From Saccostrea cucullata (taxonomy: Eukaryota), in assembly GCF_032062105.1 (NCBI RefSeq), contig NW_026936410.1, positions 496,001 through 560,000 of the forward strand: 64,000 nt of DNA, written 5' to 3'. Below, piece by piece: positions 39,076-51,185 of this stretch. A model generated the notes under the pieces. It worked only from the letters and a program-made list of their open reading frames with translations. It had not been told where the DNA came from and did no database searches. The number at the start of each line of letters is the position of its first letter. Position 1 is the stretch's first letter. A program made the position numbers and the translations under genes.

Positions 39076-41190
39076 CTTTACCTATCTCTTCACGAAACTT
39101 CCCAAGTTTGTTCCTGTTTGTTCCCCCAATAAATCTATTTAACATACAAATATTTACATCCGTTGAATATTTTTCTCCTTTATTTCTTAAGAAAACCCGT
39201 CGCGTTAATCACTGCATGAACTACATTAGGCATGACGCCTGTACAGATTTCTTGATCAGTGGCTGTTCCATCAATGAAACGCATAAAGACGTTCGCATCA
39301 TTAATATAATGATTAAACTTTTTAATCCTTCTTTAAATGATTATTTAAACAGATATGAATATAAACAATAAAATGTCTTTCTTTGTTTGTTATTACTGGA
39401 GTAAACGGTCGCAGCTATTGCAGAAAATTTTTTTTCTGCAACAGCTGCTTCCGTATTGTCAGTTTGTCCGTCAGGGCTTCCCCAGTAACTGCTTCATAGG
39501 GAACAAAACACATAAGCTTCTGTATACCGTTTTCAGCGTCTACATAATATGTATCTTGGCATAACAGCAAGTTGTTTCCAGTTAGATCTGCTCATTTTGA
39601 AGTTGAATTGTTCTGAAGGGACAATGTGGTCTTGAAGAATGTTGTCTCCTGCTTCAACTCGAAAATGGATCAACTCCTGAAAGTTTCCTTTGTTGAACTC
39701 AACTCTGCTGTGTGTTCATATCTGTATTCCCTCAATGCAATGTTCTGACGACCACAAAACAGTACTTTTTAAATGATGAAACTCGAGATCTGTCAGTTGG
39801 CCTTGACTCTCTTGGCTATTGCCGATTCTGTTCTGACATCAATGCACTGGATTTGGTCTTTAAATTCTTTATAAAATCCTCTGCTCTCCAACTCGATGTC
39901 AGATAATAGCTATGTTGTTGTGGGTTTTACACTCACCAAGTCCTTTAACCCAATTCTTTACCTATCTCTTCACGAAACTTCCCAAGTTTGTTCCTGTTTG
40001 TTCCCCCAATAAATCTATTTAACATACAAATATTTACATCCGTTGAATATTTTCTCCTTTATTTCTTAAGAAAACCCGTCGCGTTAATCACTGCATGAAC
40101 TACATTAGGCATATGTCGCCTGTACAGATTTCTTGATCAGTGGCTGTTCCATCAATGAAACGCATAAAGACGTTCGCATCATTAATACAATGATTAAACT
40201 TTTTAATCCTTCTTTAAATGATTATTTAAACAGATATAAATATAAACAATAAAATGTCTTTCTTTGTTTGTTATTACTGGAATTAACGGTCGCAGCTATT
40301 GCGTAAGCGGGTTATGTATTTTTTCTGCAACAGCTGCTTCCGTATTGTCAGTTTGTCCGTCAGGGCTTCCCCAGTAACTGCTTCATAGGGAACAAAGTAC
40401 ATAAACTTCTGTATACCGTTTTCAGCGTCTACATAATATGTATCTTGGCATAACAGCAAGTTGTTTCCAGTTAGATCTGCTCATTTTGGAGTTGAATTGT
40501 TCTGAAAGGACAATGTGGTCTTGAAGAATGTTGTCTCCTGCTTCAACTCGAAAATGGATCAACTCCTGAAAGTTTCCTTTGTTGAACTCACCTCTGCTGT
40601 TTGTTCATCTCTGTATTCCCTCAACGCAATGTACTGACAACCACAAAACAATACTTTTTAAATGATGAAACTCGAGATCTGTCTGTTAGTCTTGACTCTC
40701 TTGGCTATTGCCGATTCTGTTCTGACATCAATGCACTGGATTTGGTCTTTAAATTCTTTATAAAATCCTCTGCTCTCCAACTCGATGTCAGATAATAGCT
40801 CATGTTGTTGTGGGCTTTACACTCACCAAGTCCTTTAACCCAATTCTTTACCTATCTCTTCACGAAACTTCCCAAGTTTGTTCCTGTTTGTTCCCCCAAT
40901 AAATCTATTTAACATACAAATATTTACATCCGTTGAATATTTTTCTCCTTTATTTCTTAAGAAAACCCGTCGCGTTAATCACTGCATGAACTACATTAGG
41001 CATGTCGCCTGTACAGATTTCTTGTTCAGTGGCTGTTCCATCAATGAAACGCATAAAGACGTTCGCATCATTAATTGCAGAAAAAATTTACATAACCCGC
41101 TTACGCGGGTTATGTATTTTTTCTGCAACAGCTGCTTCCGTTAATTCCAGTAATAACGAAGAAAGAAAGCATTTTATTGTTTAAATAATA
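38635..41190. repeat. Three-unit composite tandem array (periods 818 and 889 bp): hAT fragment + spacer + palindromic element end
   Basis: GTATTGTCAGTTTGTCCGTCAGGGCTTCCCCAGTAA starts units at 38635, 39453 and 40342. Each unit ends in a GCAGCTATTGC..GCAACAGCTGCTTCCGT hairpin remnant. Confidence 0.92.
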
Positions 41191-44100
41191 ACAACAGAAA
41201 TAAATATATAAAAATAAATACTTCTAGTAGATAAGTATTGAAAGCAGTGAAAAGAATATAACCTCCATACAATCGCTCAATATATACCATCAAAAAAAAA
41301 AAAAAAATAAAAATCACTGAGTTGGAGTGATTCCTTCTTCACTTGTTTAAGTATTTCTTTATTGCAGAAAATTAAGGCGTTAAATTTATTTAGGCAAGTG
41401 TGAATTTTAGGGATTATAAAAGTATTTAATTCTAAAATGGCAGGAAATTGACTTCGGTTATAACAAAAATAGATATCAATCAAAGTACTGAAAGTACTGG
41501 GAAGCGCTAAGCATATTGATTTGGAATTCGTCAGAATTATATTTTAATTTAAAATGTCCTGTTGTATTGGATTCTAAGCGATATTTTGACAGTGCGATAG
41601 CGCTAGGTCGAGCACAGTTTTCAAAAAGTATGTGAGTCCTGAATATGTGAACCCCGTCGGGATATGAAATTCAGCATTGCCTCATGCCTTTTTTTCAAAC
41701 ATCATACATTATCTTCGTATGTCAAAAGATCAATCTATTTTACTTACAGTACTGTACAAGAAATTGCAAGGAAATATTTTTGCGTGTAAAATTATTTTCT
41801 TTGAGATGATAATCGAGTTTTGTCAAATTTAAACTTAAATGTACATGTAGGTATACTGTCTGAAGACAATACTTTTGCTGGAAAATGTATACAATGTATT
41901 TGAAAAAAAAATGTTAACACTTGAAAATGTCGCTAAAATTCCTCTCATTTACGTGCAACACTGAAAGATAAATTCTTCTGGTGATCATATTTAATAACAA
42001 ATTCATTCTGCGTTTACAAGTTTTTCAAATTGAAGATTGGCATCATGTTTGTAACAACGTCATATGTAAATGAAATTAACATCCGTAGAATTAACGCCCT
42101 GTATGTCAGAGATAATATGTAAATATACATTTTAATATAAAGATATTATATTTATCTTTTGATGTTATCCTGTAATCTCTGATATTCAAATATTTGATTT
42201 ACAGTGTACATGTATTTGCAGTAACTTTTGTGTTGATATACAATATGTGTCACTCATTAGTAAATGACACGTTTTTGCAATAAAAAATTTAACTTTTCTT
42301 TTTGGATTAAATATACGTCAAACCCGTCATACGTATTTTGACTAATGTTGAAATAATTTAAAATGCTTCAGTATTTTTTTGCGGACGCCTGGTGCATTTC
42401 ACCATTCTTTACTTGTGTATGTATGATCTTCACTACCATGCAAAACAAAATGAGAGGAAATTATATCTACGAGAATTGTTGTGCTAGTTAAAAAGGAATA
42501 CTGAAAATAATTGCCTATAATATTTCTGCTATTTCAATGATTAATAATTCAAGAGTCCAAGAAAGAAAATACAGTATTAATATCAAGTATTAATAAATCT
42601 TCATGAAGGTATCCATTATTATTTTATTTCGTTTTTTATTTAATTAAGTCTTCATTAAGAATCGGCAACACAGCTGAGACACATCTTTACATAAACTATT
42701 TAATCCTAGTTCCCTACTTCAAGTACTTGAATAACAAGTGGAGTTATCTAACTTGCTTATAGTGGCGCTGGATCCAGAACGGAAGTAGATTTACGCTGAC
42801 AGAAAGCGCTGTGCGCTGCGCTTAGCGCTTAAAAAGGATGCGTTAGTATTCTTGTCTAAGCCTTGATTTAGTTAACCATCTTATTTCCAATACCTTTACA
42901 ACCTTAGGGATTTGCATACATAGATTTGTATTGTAAAACGTGAGAATCTTTGACAACTTGACTACATAGTTTTATTTCTAATATTTGGAAAAGAAAAGAT
43001 TACAAGACTTTAAGGGGAATACGCACATACGGCTGTAAAAAGCCGCGCTAATATGTTGGTATAATGTGCTATCATTGTCCAGAAATGAAATATCTCCCAG
43101 TGACTGGACACCTTATAGTAGTGTAGATTGTTGTTTGATTGATGACGAGAAGGTCCACGGGGACCAACTAAATTGGAAATCACCACGTGTCGAGCCTGCG
43201 AAGAACACCGCAACGCACAATAATGTATAATTACGTTATTGCTTTCTTGAAAACGACTTTGTTTTGCCTATGACCTACGCTTAACCCCTAAAGAACGAAC
43301 GTTTTTTAATCCCCTCCAAAAGCAATTTATGTATGGTATTCACACACAAGAACCAAGAGTTCCTGTCGTCATTAACAACTTAGAAAATCCAATTTACAAA
43401 GAAGAAAAAATAAATTGTATGTCCAAATTAACCTGCCAAAAGTTGACTAATCTAATTCAGCATGCCGTGAACATTGCACGTAATCGAATTTATCAGGAGC
43501 TGCAAAGGTCTACGTGTATTGGCACGAACTTTTACACCTCCTAGATAATTTTTTGTTTTGTTTCTCCTCTGTTTGCGTTGTGTACTAATTCGTCAATAAA
43601 TCAACTTAAGGGATACCATGTAATTGACATTTAACAGGCAAATGGTGCTAGTAGAAGCAGCACAGTGAGTGACAAATTGTATCGACGCTGTTTTTCTTGA
43701 CCATTTTGTGAGCTGTTTTGTCTTTTATTGGCCTATCACTGAACCCCGAGTCTAATAATATTAGCAATCTATAAAACCAATCAGAGCAACGAGAGATCGA
43801 AGCAGAAACCTGCGATGCTCTATGCCGCACGATACTTTTTTGTCTGTGATAAAAATTACAGGAAATTAATTAGGAGAAGTTCGGTCAAGCGAAAACTATC
43901 AAATGGTATTAATACGTACTCAATTAATTACAATAGTATGATGAAGACGTCCCTGCCACCTCGAACGACGGAAGGCCATTCATCATAGCGTTCCTTATCA
44001 TCTAAGCTTTGAAGCCTTTTTATCCGTGTTTTGGTACGGATGCCTTTCCTTAATCAGATAGTAGACATGTAGAAATGGAGGCATTTATTTAAAACAGAAA

Positions 44101-44479
44101 ATAATAATAAAAACCATTTTAAAAAACCTAAAAATCTTAACGTCAAACCCAATGCTGTATCTTAAAAGGTGTAAGACTACATGAACTATACATGCATGCA
44201 AGTAACAAGCCTTTAACGTAGCTTTTCATTTTTCTTTAAAATCAATATAATGTTCAAGTAAAAAAAATCAAATACTTTTTCTGATTCTAAGCTTGATATA
44301 CAGTACTTGAGTCTGGTTGTAAACAATTGTGGTACCTTTCTTACCAAGAATGAATTTTCTATTTCATTGTTTCATTTCTTTGAACTCCTTATAATTGCTT
44401 CATTTATCATTAAAAAGACAGGTTCCATTTCTTTGAACCATAATACGTTCTTTTAGTGATACATTATAAGAAGACCAGC

Positions 44480-45010
44480 ATGTAATAGTTTAAAGAAATG
44501 GAACCCATCTATTTAGTGATGTAAAAAAAACAGTATAACGGGTAAAAAAAAGGAGTCTATCTTTTTTTGGTGATAAAGGAAGACTAGTAAAATAGTTCAA
44601 AGAAATGGAGCGTATCTTTTTGGTGATATAGAAAGACTAGTAAAATATTTCAAAGATATGGAGCGTATTTTATAAGTGATATAGAGAGACCAGGCCCTGG
44701 GATCATGAAACATCTTACGCTTGAGTCAAAATCTTTATACATGTATAAAACTTAAATGCTCTTGAAGAAAGCAGATCAAAATTAATTTTTTTTTCTCAAT
44801 TTTGGTTCACAAAGGTGTTGTTATTTGCAAATTTTGAGATAAATTCAATCATAAATAAACATTTTACAGGGATTGAAAATTGAACTTAAGTCTAAGTCTG
44901 TTTCATGATCCTGGGGCCAGTATAATATTAGTCCTAAGAAATGGAGAGTATCTTTTTCATGATACATGTATAGAAAGACAGGTGTAATCGTTTGTAGAAG
45001 AAATGAAACA
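44480..45010. repeat. Degenerate ~52-bp minisatellite interrupted by a MITE
   Basis: AAAGAAATGGAGCGTATCTTTTTGGTGATATAGAAAGACTAGTAAAATA-like units; inverted relatives lie on both flanks. Confidence 0.65.
44694..44917. mobile_element. PIF/Harbinger-like MITE with 3-bp (CAG) TSD
   Basis: CAG-GCCCTGGGATCATGAAACA ... TGTTTCATGATCCTGGGGC-CAG. Confidence 0.75.
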
Positions 45011-45259
45011 TGTCTTTGTATTATTGTAACTAATCGTTCTATATCCATAAATAAGGTTTCATTTCTTTATACCTTCTAACTGGTCAACCTTACATAATCA
45101 TCACACTGGACTTTCTATACCTCTAAAAATGTTAGGCCAATTTTCTTTGAACCATCATTCTACACTTTAAAAAGGCTAAATTTCTTTGAATCATAACATT
45201 GATTTTCCATAGCTATATTATCAAAAATATACTTTATTAGGCTTTAATATATCAATGAA

Positions 45260-46195
45260 CTTTCTTCCTCTTTCATTACTCCTAACTAAAATATCAGTAG
45301 TGAAGGAGAAACTTCAGGAGTACTGTGTAACAATATACAGCTGTACAGTATTCAAAGAGTGTAAATCTGATGTTAATATTTAAATCTATTGGAATTATCA
45401 TGGGTACCAACTGCATCCCGTTATTAACAGACATATTTTCGTATTCATATGAAACAAAATTTGTTGAAAATCTTTTTTACGTGAAAAGCGGAATACATTT
45501 GCTGTGGCCTAAAACTCGAAAATTAGATATATCGACGACGTATTTTCAATGAACAATAGTTATTTCCATTCTTATGTCGACACAATATATCCCGGTGAGC
45601 TTGAAATTAAAAAAAAACATATGTACAGAGTCTGACACATTTGTTTCATATTTGGATCTTTTACTAAAAAAGACGTTAATGGTTATCTAACAACAAAGCT
45701 TCATAATAAACATGATGACTTTAACTTTTCAATCGTCAGCTTCCATAACTTATGCAGCAATATACCTTTGTCACCTGCATACGTAGTTTATATCTCTCAG
45801 TTGATCATGTTCTTCGTATGAACAATTTCTAAAACAAGACAGATTATTGACAAAAAGTGGATAAAGCAAGAAAATCAGCAGCCATCATTTCGTAAGTTCT
45901 ATGGTTGATACAACATGATGACATTGTCAGCAAAACAATTTATTATAAAGTCAAAGGCTGACTGACACTTTTCATACTGATTGTTAGGTCATTAATTATA
46001 CACATAGTTGTCCATTGATTTTTTTCGAACTTGGCAAGGATCCAAGGTGGGTGCAACCTGTCGGCAGGGAATGCAAACTCATTCCTCCATGGCACCTGAT
46101 CCAACCCCTGCTGTTTTTGAGATCCGTGTTTGCCCATTCCTCTTTTGTATTGTATCATGGACTTTTGAGCACGAGCACTGTTCATTATCTCAACC
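45260..46195 (+). mobile_element. Penelope-like (Naiad-type) retroelement, decayed RT 3' half with internal deletion plus 3' end
   Basis: GIIMGTNCIPLLTDIFSYSYE, RYIDDV, FNFSIVSF..LCSNIP..VYISQL. The RT is followed directly by the conserved 3' motif, with no C-terminal GIY-YIG. Confidence 0.8.
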
Positions 46196-47153
46196 TATTT
46201 CAATCTATATATGGATTGCTAACAATCTTCAAGTGATGTAACAATAAATAATTGATAAATAAAAATGAATTAAAAAATATTAAAAATTTATTAAAATATA
46301 TTGTAACATTTGTCAATCGAATTTAAGGAAAAAATTCAAAAATCTTAAATCAAAGGAAAATACTTGTATAAAAATAATCTTCCAATTATCTTCCATATCA
46401 CTGAGCATGCGCTCGAGTATTGTCGTAGTGTTAGATAGTGATGATATGTCTAATCAATATTTCTCTCTAAGAAATGTATAATTAAGATTTTCATTTCTCG
46501 ACGAAAACTCATAATCTCCTTCTACACATCATCATTAAATGTAGTTAATAAAAAAATGTGAATTAAAAATAGTGATCTTTATTTATGCAATCTACGGCGC
46601 ATCTGATCATATCTTTCACGTTTCTCTTGATCAGTTTTTCTTCTCAATATCTCAATTCACTGAAACTTTTTAAATCCTTACCTTGATTCCATATATTCTG
46701 TATGCAGTGGAATGACAGGCTCATTGGAATAAGCATTATTGACATCATCTTTTTTCCTGCATTCCTTGAAAGCTTTTAGAAAGCTTGTGGACAATTTACA
46801 GAACTAGTTTAAATATTTTTAAGATCTTCTTTGCAACAAATTCAAATCAACTGTTCGGTCGAACTTTCCATAAATGATTTTAATTTACAACCGAACCATT
46901 TAAACGAGATCACAAATTAAATAAAACTGAGCAAAACAATAGAACACTATTATACCTTGAATGCATATAATTTAATATGCTTTCTCCTCCACCTTTCACC
47001 TCTGTTGTTTTAGAGGCCCCTGTTTGCTCTGCTCCTGATATATATTGTTTGAGTGGCCTTTTGAGCGTGAATGCTGTTCGTTTTCTCAACATTTTATGTA
47101 ATCTGAAAAAAGAAAATTGTAGTGTGCTGTATAAATACTTGTCTTCATATTCA

Positions 47154-47495
47154 CATAGGCGTCGGAACCGGGGGGGGGGGTGCTAGCGGGGCTTAGCCCC
47201 CCACTTTTTTTGCAAAGATAGACCTAATATAGGCACTGAACATTTTCAACAGGCACGTTGCAGATTAGGACAGAAAAGGGTATGTGGTAGTGTTTGGAAA
47301 AAAAGAATTTGGTACTGAACGAAGTTCGATCCTACCCCACCACCACCACTACCACCACCACCACGAAATGGGATTTACATGTTTGGACAATGGACACATC
47401 CCCTTTATTTTTGCTTGTCAAGTTTTTTTTTTGTAGGTTTGATTTTTTTTTCTCTTTCACTTAGCTTCCCTTTCAATTTGCTTCCGACGCCAATG
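47154..47495. mobile_element. hAT-like MITE with 6-bp TSD
   Basis: CATAGGCGTCGGAA / TTCCGACGCCAATG termini; TATTCA at 47148-47153 and 47496-47501. Confidence 0.8.
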
Positions 47496-47509
47496 TATTC
47501 ATGTATATG

Positions 47510-49230
47510 TGAAACATATGGAGATAACAAACAATATTCAAGTTCAAAAGTCCATAAAACAATACAAAATAGGAGCAGAGCAAACAAAGATCTAATAAAA
47601 ACATCAGAGGTGGGATCAGATGCCATGGAGGAATGAGGACACCCGCCGTGTGGTCCTTGTCATAACTGGACAATAACGGAAAAATCCGTCGTCAATTCAG
47701 TGTATAAATAATAGACTAAAAATTAGTATGAAAAACGTCAGTTAGCATTGACTCAATGATAAATTGTATTTGCTGACTAGGTCATTGTATCGACCATAGA
47801 TCTTACCAAATGATGACTTTAAACAAGAATGCCTATATTCTTGTTTAATACACTTGTTTGTCAATAATTTACCTAGTTTTGGAAATTGTTCATACATAGA
47901 GCATGTGCTTGCGTATCGAATCAACTGAGATATATAAACTCCGGATGCAGGTGATGAAGGTATATTGCTGCATAAGTAAGGGAAGTTGACGATAGAAAAG
48001 TTAGTCATCGCGTTTATCCTAGAGCTTGGTTGTTAGATTACCATTAACGTCTTCTTCAAATAAAAGATCCAAATATGAAACAGATGTGTCAGACTCTGTG
48101 GTATCTTTTATCTCAAGCTCACCAGAATATATCGTATCGACATAAGAATGGAAATTACCATTGTTAATTGACAGACGTCGTCGATATTATATAAATATTG
48201 CATGTAGTTAAGTGTAACACTCACCCCAAGAAAACTACATGTATTGTCAACCGAGGCGCAGCCAAGGTTAACAATGGTTTTCAAGGGGTGAAAATTTTCA
48301 ATGTTACACTCAACTACATGCAATATTTATTATATTATACTGAGTGAATGTTTTATACAAATATATAACAGTGAACCGTGCGCGCATAAATTCTGCGCAG
48401 TCGCTATTTTTTGGAATATCACCCGTCGTCAAGCAATGTTGACTGTTGCTACGCAGGAGGGCGTGACTTCATTGTTTAGCGGGTAATAGTATTTTTTAAC
48501 AAATGTTTCTCGGCGAATCAGATTCAAGTAATTTACATGAAAGTATAATACATGTATATCTAAATGTCGAGTTGAAGACCACAGCAAGTGTTTTCTTTTT
48601 TTCACGCTCTAGATTTTGCACAAATTCTGCTTCATATGAAAACAAAAATAGGTCTGCTAATAACGGGGCGTAACTGGTACCCATAAAATTTCCAATACTC
48701 AGTAGATTGTTGGAAGACCTGGTCTCCAAAACAACATAGATATTGTCAATCTGAATCTCAAGCATCTCTTTGATGTTAACTTCAGAGTTTTGTGTGTTTA
48801 ATCAGAATGTTTTTTTTTACCAGAATAAGTTTGCAAATGACCATTGACAAGGAAAGTAAATTTATGACTTCCATTTTTATTGAAAAAGCAGCTGTCAATT
48901 TTTTTTTAAAAAGGCCGGACTTTAATTTCTCGTGGGGAATGGTTGTGGATAAAGTTGAAAACTTTTTAAGCTGTTGATTTTGGTAAAAGTTCCTTGGAAT
49001 TTTTAAGTATCCACATCTGATTTACACCACTACTTGAATATATTGTTGCACCGTACTCTTGAAGCTTCTCCTTCACTGTTAATATCTTAGTGAGGAGTAA
49101 AGAAAGAGGTTTGGCTGAACATTTACTCGAACCCACTATGTATCTCTGTTTGTAAGGATTCTTATGAAGTTTCGGAATCTAACACATATATTTATGGTAA
49201 TTCAAATTCATTTTGGTTCTTTTGGATGTT
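47510..49230 (-). mobile_element. Penelope-like (Naiad-type) retroelement, decayed RT domain plus 3' end, interrupted in the YIDD motif
   Basis: Minus strand IPKLHKNPYKQRYIVGSSKC, QMWILKNSKELL, FSTLSTTIPH, MGTSYAPLLADLFLFSYE, FRY/IDDV, FSIVNFPYLCSNIPSSPASGVYISQLIRYA. Confidence 0.87.
48187..48554. mobile_element. Palindrome-ended non-autonomous element inserted in the Penelope RT
   Basis: ~140-bp hairpin 48190-48330 centred on GGC-GCA-GCC. The insertion splits AGATAT/ATCGACGAC (RY/IDD). Confidence 0.75.
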
Positions 49231-50689
49231 TTAAAAACATTCAAAACTATGTTCACCTATACACCGAATGCGAAGTTTAGTTTCAGGAGTGAATAAAAAC
49301 AATAGAATGTAAAAACAGTGTTTTCATGCTTGTACTAAAAGAAGTGACACCAACATACATAAATATTTAAACATACTACTGGTCAATGAACTTTGTTGCC
49401 ATTAAATAAACTCTGTATTGCATGTTGTCGACAGTGTGATGTTGGTTTGAAATCTCAGTGGAACCCAGTTCTACACTCCTGTCATTAGAACACCATCAGT
49501 TATGAAATAACCAATACTTTGGCCTTCAGAAAATGCTGACATTCCAATGGTCACGCGGGTGTTCTTCACTTGACACCATATAAATAAATGATAGGAATAA
49601 GATGAAGATGATGTTGTCATCAATTTTCGCCCAGGAAACAAACCAATTAAAATTGTTTTAATCTTATAAAGGCATATACTAATACCTCTAAACTTTATTT
49701 ACATACAATGTATTGTTTACATTTAACTAAAATGTAGTTTGAATTCTTAAAATAAAATATTAAAATAATGAATTGTAATCATGCTTAAAAGTCCATTGAA
49801 CGAAGACAAATTAGGTGGAGAGCAAAAACGGAGCTCTAAACATATCAGATTTAGGATTAGATCCATTGAGGACTAGTCAGGCCAGCCGTGTACATGTGCT
49901 CCCTGTGCATGTACATGTTCCAGCAAACGGTAATTCTGTAGACAATTCAAATAAATAATGAAAATAATGGTCTTGCAATTGGTTTGAAATACAGCAATCA
50001 ACTTTGACATAATGATAGATTATACTTGCTGAGAAAGTGATTGTATCGAAATGGCAGCAAAGAAAGCAGTAATTATTCTTTATCAAGTACAAACACTGTA
50101 CTTAATAAGTCAAATATAATTAAATGCCATCATTCTTCATTTAAAAAACAGCAAATACAAGTATGGTTTTCCTTCAACGCAAACATTTGTAAGAATTTGA
50201 AAATGGAACAAGAACGATCAAGTTGTGTACTGCTACACAGTATAAGAAATAAAGAAAGGCTCGTAGGAGATTAACCTCCCTTGTACATGGAAATCTCCAG
50301 CTTTTTTACAGTAAGACCTTCTTACTAATTGGTACATGTACATGCTACATTGACAAGACATCTGATTAGAAGGATTCGTTTAAATCAAGAGAAAAATTAA
50401 TGAAGGAATATTGTTTCATGGATGAGAGGTTCGATAAATGACACATTGCACGATGCCTGCGCGAGCCATTTTGATCAATCTTAACTATACAGCCTTTCAT
50501 TTCGTTCATATTACCTGTATTCCGCCTTAGACCAAGATTAAATACTTTAAGGAATTATAACTGTAACCAGATGCGAACTGAAGACTGCTTTTTCTTGCAC
50601 TTCATTATACTCCCGCTTGAGAAGTGGGAGGGTATATAGTGATTGGAGTTTAGAATTTCTTGCAGCAATAATCCTTATATGTCTGAAAT

Positions 50690-51185
50690 GCCTGATGGCA
50701 ATGCTCTTTAGAAATGTTATAACTTTTCCATAGTCCATTCCGTCTGTCTGTACGTCCATCCGTCCGTCCGTCCGTTTGTTACGCTTTGGGGTACCCATTT
50801 CTTATCCGCAACTCCTCTTATACCGCTGAATGAAATTTAACTTTCACATATTCTTTGTCACATTAGTGCCATTGTGCACCTCCTATTTTACTTTTTGATC
50901 GGAGACCTATTTCAGGTTTCCCATAGCAAAACATTGACACTGACCATTTTTTCTATAATACTCAGTATTGAATGGTACCCATCTCTCATCCGCAATTCCT
51001 CCTATACAAGAGAATAAAATTTAATGAAACTTTCACAGATTCTTTCTAACATAATGCCATTGTTACCTTCTATTTTACTTTTTGATCTGACACTTATTTG
51101 GGGTCTCCTAGAGCAAAACAAGATAATCATATGGAAGGCAGTGGTATCATTTCATGAGCTCACTGCTCACAGTACCTCTGGTTTG
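50690..51185. mobile_element. Decayed HINE-like element with (CCGT)n microsatellite and ~2 internal units
   Basis: CGTCTGTCTG..CCGTCCGTCCGTCCGT followed by two GGTACCCAT..ATCCGCAA.TCCTC units. Confidence 0.55.

Noticed and set aside
39108-41144. Duplicated plus-strand ORFs (39108, 39712, 40601, 40878)
   Set aside because: They are antisense or incidental frames of the tandemly repeated hAT remnant.
43009-44170. CpG-richer block starting TTAAGGGG as a gene or defined transposon
   Set aside because: I could not establish a matching right TIR, a TSD or a recognisable protein motif by eye.
46910-47092. MLRKRTAFTLKRPLKQ.. ORF as a possible SERAC1 first exon or targeting peptide
   Set aside because: It is the reverse strand of a Naiad 3'-end copy (GAGCAGAGCAAACA..CTCTAAAACA..AGAGGTG), and it has no good phase-1 donor.
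45260-49230. Convergent Naiad copies as one inverted-duplication insertion event
   Set aside because: The copies are clearly diverged, have different deletions and are separated by 1.3 kb of other sequence. Independent insertions are more likely.
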